A DNA stretch of 49,826 nucleotides, filler included, from Catajapyx aquilonaris (GCA_000934665.2; 3 parts of 3 records of this genome joined end to end with filler, not necessarily neighbours in it), one strand, 5' to 3'. Positions 37,496 through 48,880 are shown, counted from the first letter of the whole stretch. Made by a program: numbers and translations. The notes: generated from the sequence alone by a model not told the origin.

Positions 37496-38617
37496 CCGAG
37501 AGTGAGGTGCGACGATCACGGAGAGCGGACACGAAGGCCCAGACGGCCGGACACGGGACCCGGCCGAAGAGCCGCGGTCGGGGAGCGGAGCCTGCGGGCC
37601 ATTCGCCATTGAGGGCGGTAACACCCGATACCCAGGGGGGCGCAGGGTCCCCCGGGGCTGACAAGGAGGGGCTGGATCTTGCCGCGACTCTCCTTGGTTT
37701 GAACCGGAACTTGGAAGTCATCCTTGCTGCGGTCTCCAGGGAGCACGCGAGTAAGATCTCAGTGACAAAAGGGGACCAGGCCGACGTGCGGGCGACGGTG
37801 ACCCGGATCAGGGAGCAGGGCACGCTGCTAGTCTGCCGAAGTGAGCGGCTGGAACGAGCGCAGGAGCTCGAGGCTGGTGAAGCGAGGGTGGCCAAGGCGG
37901 AGGTGGCCCTCGAGAGAGAGAAGGCGCGTCGGCTCCTGTCGGAGAAGGCGAAGGCGGCCGGGTTGAGGCGATCCCGGACCGATGTTTCCGTTGCAGTGCC
38001 TTCGGGCACTCGGCCCAGTCCAACAGGGGCCGCCCGTGCCGAGCCGCACCTCGGTGTGGCTTTTGTGCCGGGGCGCACGGGTCCTGGCAGTGCCAGTACA
38101 AGGGTGGGGTGTCCACCTGCGTGCTGTGCAAGGCCATGGGACTCCCCGAGACGGATCATCCAGTATGAACTAGCGGATGCCCGGCTTGGGCACGACGGCG
38201 GGAGCAGATACGGGTAAAGCTCCAAAATGTCTGAAATCCAATCGGACCTAAGGATCGGGCAATTTAACGCCGGGAAGAGCAACCTGCACACTTCTCTCGC
38301 AGTGGACTGGGCGGTGGAGCAGGGCATCGACCTGCTCTGCCTCCAGGAACCTGGCGAGTACGCTATCCAGAACCGCCTTCGCCAAGGGACCCATTCTGTC
38401 CTGGGGGGCAAGGTGGCCCTAGTGGTGGTCAATTCCTCTCTCCACGTATGTCGGCATGTCGGCCCCAAACGATGTGAACTTGGGGGTGTACAGCGTCAGT
38501 GGGACGGGGCGGGAATTCCTGCTCCTGAACCTGTACTCTGAACCCACCTCTCGGTTGGGCGACCATCTCTCGCGGGTGGACGCCCACCTGGCCACGAGGC
38601 TCCCCGTTTCTGCACCT
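37492..38617 (+). pseudogene. R1-like LINE fragment: shortened ORF1 plus start of ORF2 AP endonuclease
   Basis: GC-rich coiled-coil ORF 37492-38217, then MSEIQSDLRIGQFNAGKS...AVEQGIDLLCLQEP and a frameshifted LLLNLYSEP. Confidence 0.8.
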
Positions 38618-38914
38618 GCACCTGTTCTCAAATGTCAACTTCTGCATTTGGGCCCGAGTGGAAAAAGGAACAGGAATGAATAAACCACATCCTTCCTGAC
38701 AGAGATGATGGACCCCGAGATCTCTCATGGGCTTTCAAGAGCCCATCAGTCTATATTTGCAGACGTTGGGTCGCATTGAAGCCTTGCATGGTGAACATAT
38801 GATGCCCCAATTTATTCCCAGAGTTGCCTACACATGGCGCTTAGAACAAAAGTGGCCCAAGTCCAAAAAAAAGTAATGCTACAAAAATTGATCTGAAATG
38901 CCCCACGGCGGAGA

Positions 38915-38977
38915 AAATTCTCCTTCGAGCATAAATATGATTACTCCATCTACTGGCCAAATGTCCAAATAGGACCT
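38915..38977 (+). pseudogene. Possible Helitron Rep/helicase N-terminal snippet
   Basis: KFSFEHKYDYSIYWPNVQIG resembles YDYSxHPxVxIG. Confidence 0.3.
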
Positions 38978-39045
38978 ACACCAACTTTGGACCAACTAGG
39001 AGTAGTCTTCTGAGCGTGATGGCGGTCGTACCTTGACCGACAGAC

Positions 39046-39166
39046 GTTAGGGCCGAACATGACAGCGTTTTGACAGCAGCCAAACAGGCTGAGCTGTGGG
39101 AGCAGCTGGCCCTGCAGCTGAACGCGCTGGGGACCCAGTCCCGCCCCATGGACATATGGAGGAAGG
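39046..39166 (+). pseudogene. Myb/SANT-like (Harbinger-associated type) domain fragment
   Basis: LTAAKQAELWEQLALQLNALGTQSRPMDIWRK. Confidence 0.7.
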
Positions 39167-39399
39167 TAAAATATTTCCTCAGCAGTATAGTCAGGCAGCA
39201 GAGGCCCCATTCGCAGGAGAGGAACATTAATGAAGGTGACCAAAGGTGGCCAAAGGTGGCCATGGCTGGCAATAGTACCGGTACCAGACAGCTGTACAGT
39301 GGGGCCATCAAGGGACAACGCGGGAGCAGAGGCAAACGAGGGGCATCTTCCTCCCGGGAGCGGGCTTCGTCCAGGGGCCACGGCCGGAAGCTGCGGAAG

Positions 39400-39540
39400 A
39401 CTGAGAGGTGGACCGAGCTGGAGGACCACACCTTCGTGGAGAGGTCATTCCCGCACAACAGGAAAGCGGAAGCCTAAGACATCGCCAAGGACCTTCCATG
39501 TTCCCGCCCGAAGGAAGGAACAGCGCCGGCTGGCACGAGC
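39400..39540 (+). pseudogene. R2/NeSL-type N-terminal Myb-like fragment
   Basis: RWTELEDHTF...*DIAKDLP / KEQRR. Confidence 0.45.
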
Positions 39541-40309
39541 TATCTTTCTGAGGAGGAAGAAGAATACGGAGTGGGGTTGTCTACTCCGTTGGTCCCGGTG
39601 AGACCGGGGGAACCGCTGGTGCATAATTGGGCACCCGTGGTATACCTGAAGAGGAGGAAATCACAGCCGTTTGCGACTAAGAAGAGGCTGGGGGAGGAGA
39701 GAAGCCAGGAGCAAGAGGAAGAGCACAAAGCGTCATTGGCTCTGCTGGGCATATCCACGGAGGGGCAGGGCGTCTCTTCCGACATACTATTCGACCAGCT
39801 CACAGTGAAGGCGCTGCAGCTGCAGATGGAGGTGGAGCGGCTGCGGGAGCGGGAAGATGGACGAAGGAAGCCACCAGGAATTATCAGGATGGGGTTGGCG
39901 TGTATGTACGAAGTAGGGGGCGCCGAGGGGGTTTGGTTGCGTGCGCATGTAGCCGCCTCCATCCTGATCTCCTTCCCATCCCATCCCATCTCCATCCCCT
40001 TCTTGTTGGGAACTGGAGGGTAGTTGTTGGCCGGGCTCGAGAGGAGCCGATCGGTTGTACTGGGTGGACTAAATATACTGTGGTCCCTGATTTTCCAGAT
40101 CTCTTTGTAGTTTGAACCCCTTTCCAGGCCAGGCCCTTGATGGGACCTGATAGGGGGTTGGGGAGGACTGCATTGGGCTACCTTGTCGCACAGACGAACC
40201 ATCAGAAGTTGACACCTCCATCACCTTGTCCAGGTCATGTACAGAATTGAATTGCATGACAGGAGATGTCCTGGCCAAAACAACACCAGCAGGTCCAGAA
40301 AATGAACAC

Positions 40310-40515
40310 GTGAAGGATGATAGTTTGCAAAAAGTCAATGAGGCGGAAGGTCTTGCATATTTGGGTGGGGCTATTTCAAGAAAGTTTAAGCTCAAATACC
40401 CTGAATTAGGTTTTGTGTGTGAGTCTGGAGATCCCAAGTCGTGGGTGTCATTTAGAAGTAATGGAGGTCTAAGAAAACCAACGGGGGATTTCTTTTCGAA
40501 GTTGCAATACATGAG
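40310..40515 (+). pseudogene. P-element transposase C-terminal fragment
   Basis: EAEGLAYLGGAISRKFKLKYPELG...SWVSFRSNGGLRKPTGDFFSKLQYM. Confidence 0.8.
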
Positions 40516-40944
40516 CAACCAGCCCATGATAATTTCCCATGTTACTCGTTCTTTGAGCAATTTGTTCCCATCGTTCAGGCAGGAACAAGGACGTCTAGTC
40601 ATCACAGATGATGGCGGCAACCAGGCCCATGGGTCTTCTTCTCAACTGCTACCCTCACGTTGTCCCCGCCAGTACCCCGCAAGGGATCTCTTGATGGTTG
40701 GGGGATTGATGCCCTTCCCTTCCCTCGTTCCCACAGGCCTCCTCCTCATGCCGTCCATCAGGTCCTTCCATACGAGTCCAGTGCAGGAACTTTGGCTTTG
40801 TCCATAAAGTCACATGTGATTCACTAGGTAAGGTTGATTATGTAACTTCATCATCCTTCATCATCATCCTTCAGTGTTTCCCAAGACTGGGTTTGCCAGC
40901 AGATAACGAGGATGTCCTCACTACCCTCACGAAACCATTATTTT

Positions 40945-41100
40945 AAAAATATGGTCAGGTACTCGTAGAAATGGGGGGAGGAAGAGGGGGAATACATGAG
41001 AGTGCCAAATGGTCAGGCTATTCTGGGTTGTTGACTTCGGCAGTGTCCCTGGAGACATCCACCCACAAAGGACGGGCGAGGCAGGAGTGCCATCTCACTG
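40945..41100 (+). pseudogene. Possible Tx1/L1-type ORF1 fragment
   Basis: KYGQV / KWGEEEGEYMRVPNG resembles YGxV...W...Y.V.NG. Confidence 0.35.
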
Positions 41101-41943
41101 CCGAGTTGTTGGCATCACCAGACCGCAACACCATCGCTGTGCAGGGGAGGGCAGCAAAATCTCCAGCATTCCGTCTGGAACGCCTTCTACTTGCCGAATC
41201 ATTGTCAACAGGTAAAGCATATGCTATAAAACCCAGATGTGATGCTGTGTAGATGTGCCCTTTCCAATCTGCAAAAAAGGAAAGTGCGTATTAATTTTCA
41301 ATTTATATCACACATTCAGGACATTAGAATAATGACTAACACAACACCAAGCATCCAAATGTCATAAAATATTTCATCATCAGAAATCGGGCTGCGTACT
41401 TGTCTCTTAAACTTACTAAAACAATACTTTTAAAAATTTTAGTGTAATATAGCACAATGTAATCTTATCACGCACATTTCTGGCTTGCCGTCGATACATT
41501 CGCGAAGTAATTCGGATGAGAAACGGCCGAGATAACTGAGGTGTGCAATTAACTTAATTATGATTACACATAGTTGCGATTTCTAAGTTTCAAATATATC
41601 ATTAGAAAGACAAAGATTTGCACTATCTATGGTTCACAGGGGGAATATTTTGGCCTCCGAAAAGTGCCATAAAAACTCATTTTGCTGAGTAACGTCGGCA
41701 ACTAGTCAAAAAATGACACCTTTCATTGTTGTTCCCGGCATTCCAAACCCAGTTTATTTCCGATAACGGCCGGCAATCGGGCCGTCAGATGTGAACCGAG
41801 TTAAAACCGCATCCATGGTTTACTTTTGCCTCGAGAAATGGATATTTCTCTGAACTGGGTTCAAACAGGATTTGAACCTTGTTTACATTTGAACCACTGT
41901 TCGAGAAATCGGCCCTCAATTAACTGGAGGAATCCCAGAGAAC

Positions 41944-42238
41944 GTGGAGTGGTGCTATGGTAACGTACGCGCTCTCGGATGGTAAGGTCCCGGGTTCAAT
42001 ACCAAGCCTGGGCATTCCCCCTCTTCATCTCATGCAGAGTTGGGTCGTCTCTGGCTTCATCTCGGGTGGGATTTCTGAGACTAACCACCCAGGGGAGTTC
42101 ACAAAATGTACCACGATATAGCCATTGCACTGCACATTGCACATCCCTTCCCACTCATTCCCCCCTCGCTCGCGGTACCAGGTCGTTACGAAAAAGGACC
42201 ACTTTGTACCGCTTGTACATCTGAAGCATAATAAAGGT
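41944..42238 (+). mobile_element. SINE family A, copy 3 (tail Y-like)
   Basis: Homologous to 20518-20730; the tail resembles the reverse complement of 20955-21010. Confidence 0.85.
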
Positions 42239-42239
42239 A

Positions 42240-43763
42240 CAGTGCTGGCCATATAGTCCGGACGTTAAGGGACGAATAATGGGTCAACCGTGCATTTTGT
42301 GAAAAAAGCATGAAATTTGGTACAAATGTCCCTGAAAGCATACTCTTCAAATTCAGATATGGCGCCACGCCGGTTTTCGCTCAGGTGGCTGGTTGGCTAC
42401 ACTGAAGCGAGTGACAAGTCTTTTTCTGAGCGAACTATGCTTCCTAGGCGGATATGTGCCAAACAAATGTTGTGGGGAAACATGTATCCTACAAAAAGTA
42501 TATAGTAACTTGTCCACGTACGGTCAGTATTTTCGGAGCTACAGCGACTGGAACCAAATTAAGGGACAAAAAAAAAGTCAACCGTGCATTGGTGAAATTT
42601 GGTAGGAATGTCCCTGAGACCATACTCCTCCAATCCAGATATGGCGCCACGGCCGTTTTCGACCTGGAGGCCCGTAATTGCGGGTTGGCTACCTTGAAGC
42701 CAGTTAAAGGTCTTTTCTGAGCGAACTATGCTTCTCGGGAGGAAATGTGCCAAACAAAGGTTGTACAGAAACATGTACTCTACAAAAAGTATGAAGTACC
42801 TTTTCCACGTCGAGTCCTTATTTTCGTAGCTACAGCGACTTTAAAAAGACTTTTCACTCTCTGAAGGGTAGCCAACCCGCAATTCCGGGCCTCCTGGGCG
42901 AAAACTGGCATGGCGCCATATCTGAATTTGAAGAGTGTAGTCCCTAGGACATTCCTACCATATTTCATGTCTTCATCACCAAAGTGCACGGTTGACCATT
43001 TCATCCCTTAATTCCATGACTATGGGTTCAAGTCGATGTAGCTCTGAAAATAAGGACTCGACGTGGAAAAGGTACTTCATACTTTTTGTAGAGTACATGT
43101 TTCTGTACAACGTTTGTTTGGAACATATCCGCCTGAGAGGCATAGTAGGCTCAGAAAAGACTTTTTACTCGCTTCAAGGTAGCCAACCCGCAATTACGGG
43201 CCTCCAGGGCGAAAACGGCCGTGGCGCCATATCTGGATTGGAGGAGTATGGTCTCAGGGACATTCTTACCAAATTTCACCAATGCACGGTTGACTTTTTT
43301 TTTTGTCCCTTAATTTGGTTCAAGTCGCTGTAGCTCCGAAAATACTGACCGTACGTGGAAAAGTTACTATATACTTTTTGTAGGATACATGTTTCCCCAC
43401 AACATTTGTTTGGTACATTTCCTCCTGAGAAGCATAGTTCGCTCGGAAAAAGACTCTTCACTCACTTCAGGGTAGCCAACCCGCCTCCTGGGCGAAAACG
43501 GGCGTGGCGCCATATCTGAATTTGAAGAGTATGCTCTCAGGGACATTTTGTAGTACCAAATTTCCTGCTTTTTTCACAAAATGCACGGTTGAATCCCTTA
43601 ACGTCCGGACTAATATATCGAGGCAACCGCCAGCGACATTTTTCCGAAGCGGCAGAAGAAGGAATCGATGAGAAGCATGCTACAAGCCGGGCGAGCAAGA
43701 TTCCTTCTTCTGCCGCTTCGGAAAAACGTCGCCGGCGGTTGCCTCGATATATGGCCAGCCCTG
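42240..43763. mobile_element. TA-flanked hairpin MITE hosting an Academ-like foldback
   Basis: TA|CAGTGCTGGCCATA..TCGAGGCAAC / GTTGCCTCGATATATGGCCAGCCCTG|TA; uninterrupted homolog at 49143-49303. Confidence 0.85.
42254..43612. mobile_element. Academ-like foldback, different family
   Basis: TAGTCCGGACGTTAAGGGA termini, 3-bp TSD ATA, repeated internal units in inverted arms. Confidence 0.85.
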
Positions 43764-44159
43764 TACAACTGAACTAGATTTCATAAAATCTCCACTTTCA
43801 AAATTGGTTCTGGGTCCCACGATCCAAATCTACCCCTCCTTTCAAAATGTCGGCTTGGTCATCGAGAACACTACTTTTTGGGGTAACTTCTGCTCGAAAT
43901 GCTTGTGATAATGGTGAAAATTGCAATCACCTACGCTTTATACAGGAGTTCCGCTAAACCTGGCAAAGTTTTGTACCATTCGATGGTACATCCTGATGCT
44001 TTGGTGTCCAAAGGGTTTAGGAATCTGACAATGCAGTTTAGAATACCCATGCAGCCTTAAAAATTTGAGACGGGTTTAGTCCAATTGTGACAAATAATGG
44101 TGTTGCCATAATTAGTTATCTTTATCGAAAAGAAACTTTTTAACAGTGTGACAATTTAC

Positions 44160-44420
44160 CTGCACATAAGCCAGGTGATGCTGATCACCAATGTCCTCCC
44201 AATCTGAGCTGATGTTTCATTCCATAGCTATTGGCCATCATTCCATCCGCCTCTAACCAACTGTCCCCTTCAAGCCTCCTTGCCAAGTAGCGACCCCCCT
44301 TCGATGAACGAGCTGTCATGCTCCCAAGAATCATCTCCTGTTGAATTGTTGCCAAGTATTTCAAGAAGTTCCTCACAGTTGCCAGTCATTTTTACGGCAA
44401 CAGTCGGATGACTTTTCTTT
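44160..44420 (-). ncRNA. Candidate non-coding exon (261 nt)
   Basis: Acceptor aattttattttcag, donor CAG|gtaaat; stops in all three minus frames. Confidence 0.4.
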
Positions 44421-44604
44421 CTGAAAATAAAATTAATATCAGTCACACTGTCAATTAAACACCAGCAGTTCTGATCACATAGCATGACCCAATGCAATTG
44501 TCAATGCCGATAGGTAAAGAACCCCATCACCGCGAGAATTTTAACGACCGGTTGTTTCCAGTTAATATTGAATGAAAAAATTAAACTAAGTTTTTGCACA
44601 CTTA

Positions 44605-44839
44605 AGCCTATTTCACAAATGGATGTCGCAGTGTTTGAAATGCATGACATGAATTTTTCACACCACTGGTAACGTCATAGTTGTCACCGCCGACTAAGCA
44701 GCAGAGCAACAAGTTTCAAGGCGGCCAGATCTTGCCTCGGTTGCCGCAATTTGCCACAGGCGACAAAAAACGACATCACAAGCAGTGTGAAAAATTATTG
44801 TCGAGCATTACAAATGCTGCAACGTCCATGAAATAGGCT
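44605..44839. mobile_element. Degenerate MITE
   Basis: AGCCTATTTCA..ATGGA.GT.GCAG mirrored by CTGCAACGTCCATGAAATAGGCT. Confidence 0.65.
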
Positions 44840-46167
44840 CTACACCTGAAATCGAGAAATATGGATTTGAAGAATAATTTCCTCCAACTTACACCAACAA
44901 AACAGAATCAGTAGCATTTTAAAATCTATTTAATTTCTTTTGCAGAAATTACAGAATCATTTAGGCTCTTAGGGTTACAAATTGTGATCTAAAATCGACA
45001 TGAATGGATTTAATGTGTGTGAATAAATTTTGGGGTTTTCTTTCCATCTGGCCTTTCATGTGTTGCCACATTGCACAAACAGGGCGGCACAACGGTTTAT
45101 TTTAGGAAATATTGCTTCTCAAAATTTTGAGCATTTTCTGATGTTGCCGAAAGAAGGACACAAAGAATCTGCAATGCTCTCATCCTTTCTGTGGCAAATG
45201 AAGTTGTAAAAAAAATATTAAAATCCACATTTCTCAGTTGGGGGATCTAATTAGGCAATAACTGTGCTTCATTAATATCAAAACATATTAGGCACACCCT
45301 CAAAAAACAGCATCCAGATAGTACATGACAACGATCCAACAACAACCCTGGAGGCTGTGTCTGGCCCACCTCCCTTAACTATGCAATAACTGACATGAAA
45401 AGACTTAAAATCACTGAGAATAGTTCCACTGGTTTAACTTTTGGGGAGGAAATGTTGCCTGAGTTGGAATGATTTGGAGGATTCATGTCAAGACTGGGAA
45501 GTTAAAGCCAACAGCCATTACTTGCAAGCTTTCTTGCCATATGTGCAAAATGCTTGATAACACCAAAGCAACCCAATTATTATCAGAAATTGTTTCTAAC
45601 AATATTAGATGATAAAGTGACTTGGTCTTTGCATACCTGGGCTTGAAAGTTGAGATATGAAATTTTGGTGCATTGGAATTGGGCCCCTCATCTCGTAATT
45701 CTTGTCCACTAACAAGATAATTTTAATTAAATTAAAAATGCAACAATTCCTCGTTGTCATACTCCAATCGAGATGCTGCCATAGGGTACAATCAGCATTG
45801 ACTTTATTAAATACCCCATGTTCCCCTCAAAAACTGGGCATCTGCCATTGTCATGAAAATTAAAATTATTATAAGTCCGCAGCACCATTTGAGGCTTCAA
45901 ATGCAAAAAAAAAAAAAGGTGCACAGTAGTGTCACTCAAGCACAGGTTTTCACTGCTCAGAGAAAAGATCTTTAAAAACTGAGTGTCACCTTCTCATCTA
46001 ACATTGAGAAACTCCCAATAAAAAATATGGTAGTACACCACAAAATCAATATCGCAAGAAAATCTGGTTTCAGCCTAAATTCATGCCACATTCTGTAAAA
46101 TCCAGTGCTCATAATGCAACCTTGCAACATGGCAACAGTGGATGGCAATTTCAAATTCGTAACCAGT

Positions 46168-46233
46168 ATCGCATTGGAGTCATAACCATCACAGTAATCC
46201 ATCGCATTGGAGTCATAACCATCACAGTAATCC
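46168..46233. repeat. 33-bp tandem duplication
   Basis: ATCGCATTGGAGTCATAACCATCACAGTAATCC x2. Confidence 0.9.
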
Positions 46234-46279
46234 ATCACATTGTCAGCTGGTACAGCACATCGGGCAATTCTTTTACTAA

Positions 46280-46777
46280 AGGTGGGTTTATACTCCGCCG
46301 TAAGGGGCGAGAAGCAGCAGTAGCACCGTAAAGAAAGCGAGCCTTCTACTGCAAGCGGTTTATACTAGCTATTGTATGTGTACTGTATGTCAAGCATTGC
46401 TGGATTCCTAGTACCCACGGTGTCCGCCAGGTGTCCGCACCTCCGGTCTGCCACGGATTTTGGACTTAAATTTTTTAATACTAAAAACGTCCATGGGTCT
46501 CGGCAATAATCATATTAGCTGGCCAAAAATCAAATCGTTCCGGGAATATGCCTAATGAGCCAGCTTTCGGACACATACGGCAAGCAGCGCGGGGCTTTGC
46601 GGAGCCACCATTTTTTTTTGCCGTAGTGGCCTTATGACGTAGCTGAAAAGTTGAATTTCGTTCAACTTTTGCAGCGGCGGTAGGGAGTTGAAATTCACGC
46701 CGTAGTGCGCTGGCGATACCGCAGCAGCGTGCCGTAAGCTGCCGTAGTGCCCCTTACGGCGGAGTATAAACCCACCT
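46280..46777. mobile_element. PIF/Harbinger-type MITE
   Basis: TIR AGGTGGGTTTATACTCCGCCGTAAGGGGC; TAA TSD. Confidence 0.9.
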
Positions 46778-47042
46778 TAATACTTTTTCAGTGAACAAGT
46801 AGTCACACCACGAACTGCCTAACCTTTATCATGGCCACAAAAATTATGCATTACCTATGCTCATCCACACCCGAGCACCAAGAAAATCTCATTTTGACCA
46901 CGTAAATTGAACAGCTCTTTCATGCAAATTGTTGCAATGGCCCCACACCATGTCCATTAGGTTCACGTGACATGCTATAGAAATTGCGCCTGTTATATGC
47001 ATAATCCGCATTAAATCAGGTGTTACAGAAAACAATTACGTA

Positions 47043-47395
47043 CAGTAAAACCTCGATACAATGCTTTCCGCATATAACCCTTTCCCACTTTAACGCCCCT
47101 TTTTTCCAGCCCCCTGATCATTTCCATTGACCATTTCCGGGTAAATTTTCCCGCACATAACGCTATCTCCACTATGAAGGCCCATACACACAGGCGGTCG
47201 ACGGTTTTGGTCTTTGGTCGTGATGATGCCGCGGACCAATCAACAAGCGCAACACATGTAAACAAGCTCAACACTTGTGTTCCGCTTGTTGAATGGTCCG
47301 CGACTCAAGACCAAAACCGTCGACCGCCTCTGTGAATGGGCCTTCATGCTACGTTTGGACGGTCCCTTGAATGGCCTTATATTGAAGTTCTACTG
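47043..47395. mobile_element. Tigger-like MITE with a nested hairpin MITE (47174-47347)
   Basis: TA|CAGTAAAACCTCGATA / TATTGAAGTTCTACTG|TA; inner AGGCCCAT.CACA.AGGCGGTCGACGGTTTTGGTCTT arms. Confidence 0.8.
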
Positions 47396-48029
47396 TACAT
47401 TAAACGCAGGCCAATGAATTGCACAACCATCCCAAACATCTACCACAAATATTAAGCCAAGTTAAAATACACATTAAAAATTAAACGGCACTTTCAATGT
47501 TTCAAACAGTAAATAAATCATGCAAGTGCAGTGGGCACGACTGATTGACTTGACCTTCAGTTTCCCCACTAATAAACAGTCTAGCCTTTGGTCTTGGGCA
47601 CTCCACATTGGAGGAACACAGCCTGCCATTTAAAGTGGCAGCAAACTACGAAGAGCTCTTAACAGGGAGTTAAAATGGTGGTAGAACCAGGCATCAGACA
47701 GTAAAAAAAATTACTCTTCCCCCTTTGTCATATTTAAAGTTTAGCATATTTTGTCTCTCATGATTGACATTACTATTCCTGTACATATTTTTCAAGCAGA
47801 GCACAACCAGTAAATGTCTATAGTTGGTATCCAGCAACCATTATGATTTAATCAATCTATCATCATCACATCACAGCAACTCATATCAGATGCAATTATC
47901 ATCATCCATTGACCCCAGATGTCCCAAAAGTCAGCAAGTGACAAAAAATTCTACTAAAATTCCCCATTCAAGTACTCAGAATTTCATAATACTGGAAATA
48001 AAAAAACATTATTCATCGGGATTATTTAC

Positions 48030-48169
48030 CTGATCACACAATCTCGTTTCATCAGAGGTGTGTCGGGTAGTAACAATCATCCTCCGCAGCCGAAGGTCAC
48101 GTTGCAGAAGCTTCAGGACGTACTTCTTGCCCCAAGCACCTCGTGGCATGTGGAACTCATTGCGGTAAC
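48030..48169 (-). other. Candidate exon (140 nt); one minus frame open (YRNEFHMPRGAWGKKYVLKLLQRDLRLRRMIVTTRHTSDETRLCDQ)
   Basis: Acceptor attgtttacag, donor CAG|gtaaat; more GC-rich than its flanks; coding status uncertain. Confidence 0.5.
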
Positions 48170-48652
48170 CTGTAAACAATTCAGGCATTAGATTTCAACC
48201 GTCACTCCCAAGGCATGTTTTTGTACATGACGAAATTTATGCACTAATTCCCCAGAATAGTAAGAATTTGCATCTAGGGATCTGGTTCTGCAACTTTGCC
48301 CGACTGCATTTATTCTACTACTCTTTGTGCACAATATGTGACCACAAAAATTGCCCATCATCTACCATTGTCAGAAATGTTCAACTAAAAATTCTGGACG
48401 GTTCCTTGAACTGGCCATTTCAAATGGAAATATTTGCGCAAATTCTCCACTACTCAGTGAACAAATATAACGGAGTTACAATTTTCATCTGTTATTATTA
48501 GGAACGACTTACAATAAAAATTCTTGCGAGCCATAGCAAACTTGATCCTGGAAGACATCCTTTTTGACATGAGCAAAGAATCCCCGAGATTTGTAGAACT
48601 TGTAATGTAACAATGCAGTCAATTGCTAAAAAACATATCTTAGTACAGCTAA

Positions 48653-48880
48653 TGGCCGCTTCACAAACTCGGCGTTGCGAAATGCCCGTTTTACAAACTC
48701 GGATTTGCATTAGCGAGGTGTGCGGATGGTGGAACATTTTCGTATGGCTATTCACAAGTTCTGTGTGTGATGACTGGCCGCGGGCGTTGCGCTGGCGTCC
48801 AACCGGGTGGACTTTCTGCGTGCGATGAGCGGAAGGCCCACACGCCCCACTTTCGCAACGCCGAGTTTGTGAAGCGGCCT
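48653..48880. mobile_element. Harbinger-like MITE
   Basis: GGCCGCTTCACAAACTCGGCGTTGCGAAA mirrored. Confidence 0.85.

Noticed and set aside
37476..38468. Longest ORF (330 aa, minus strand)
   Set aside because: Antisense shadow of the GC-rich R1-like fragment, with no recognisable motif.
33360..41268. One autonomous element or Helitron carrying cargo
   Set aside because: Fragments come from unrelated superfamilies and contain stops, and I saw no TC/CTAG-hairpin ends or TIRs. Not fully excluded, because the left boundary is a gap.
44160..44420. Selenocysteine or readthrough coding exon
   Set aside because: Multiple stops, including TAG, across the frames; no supporting motif.
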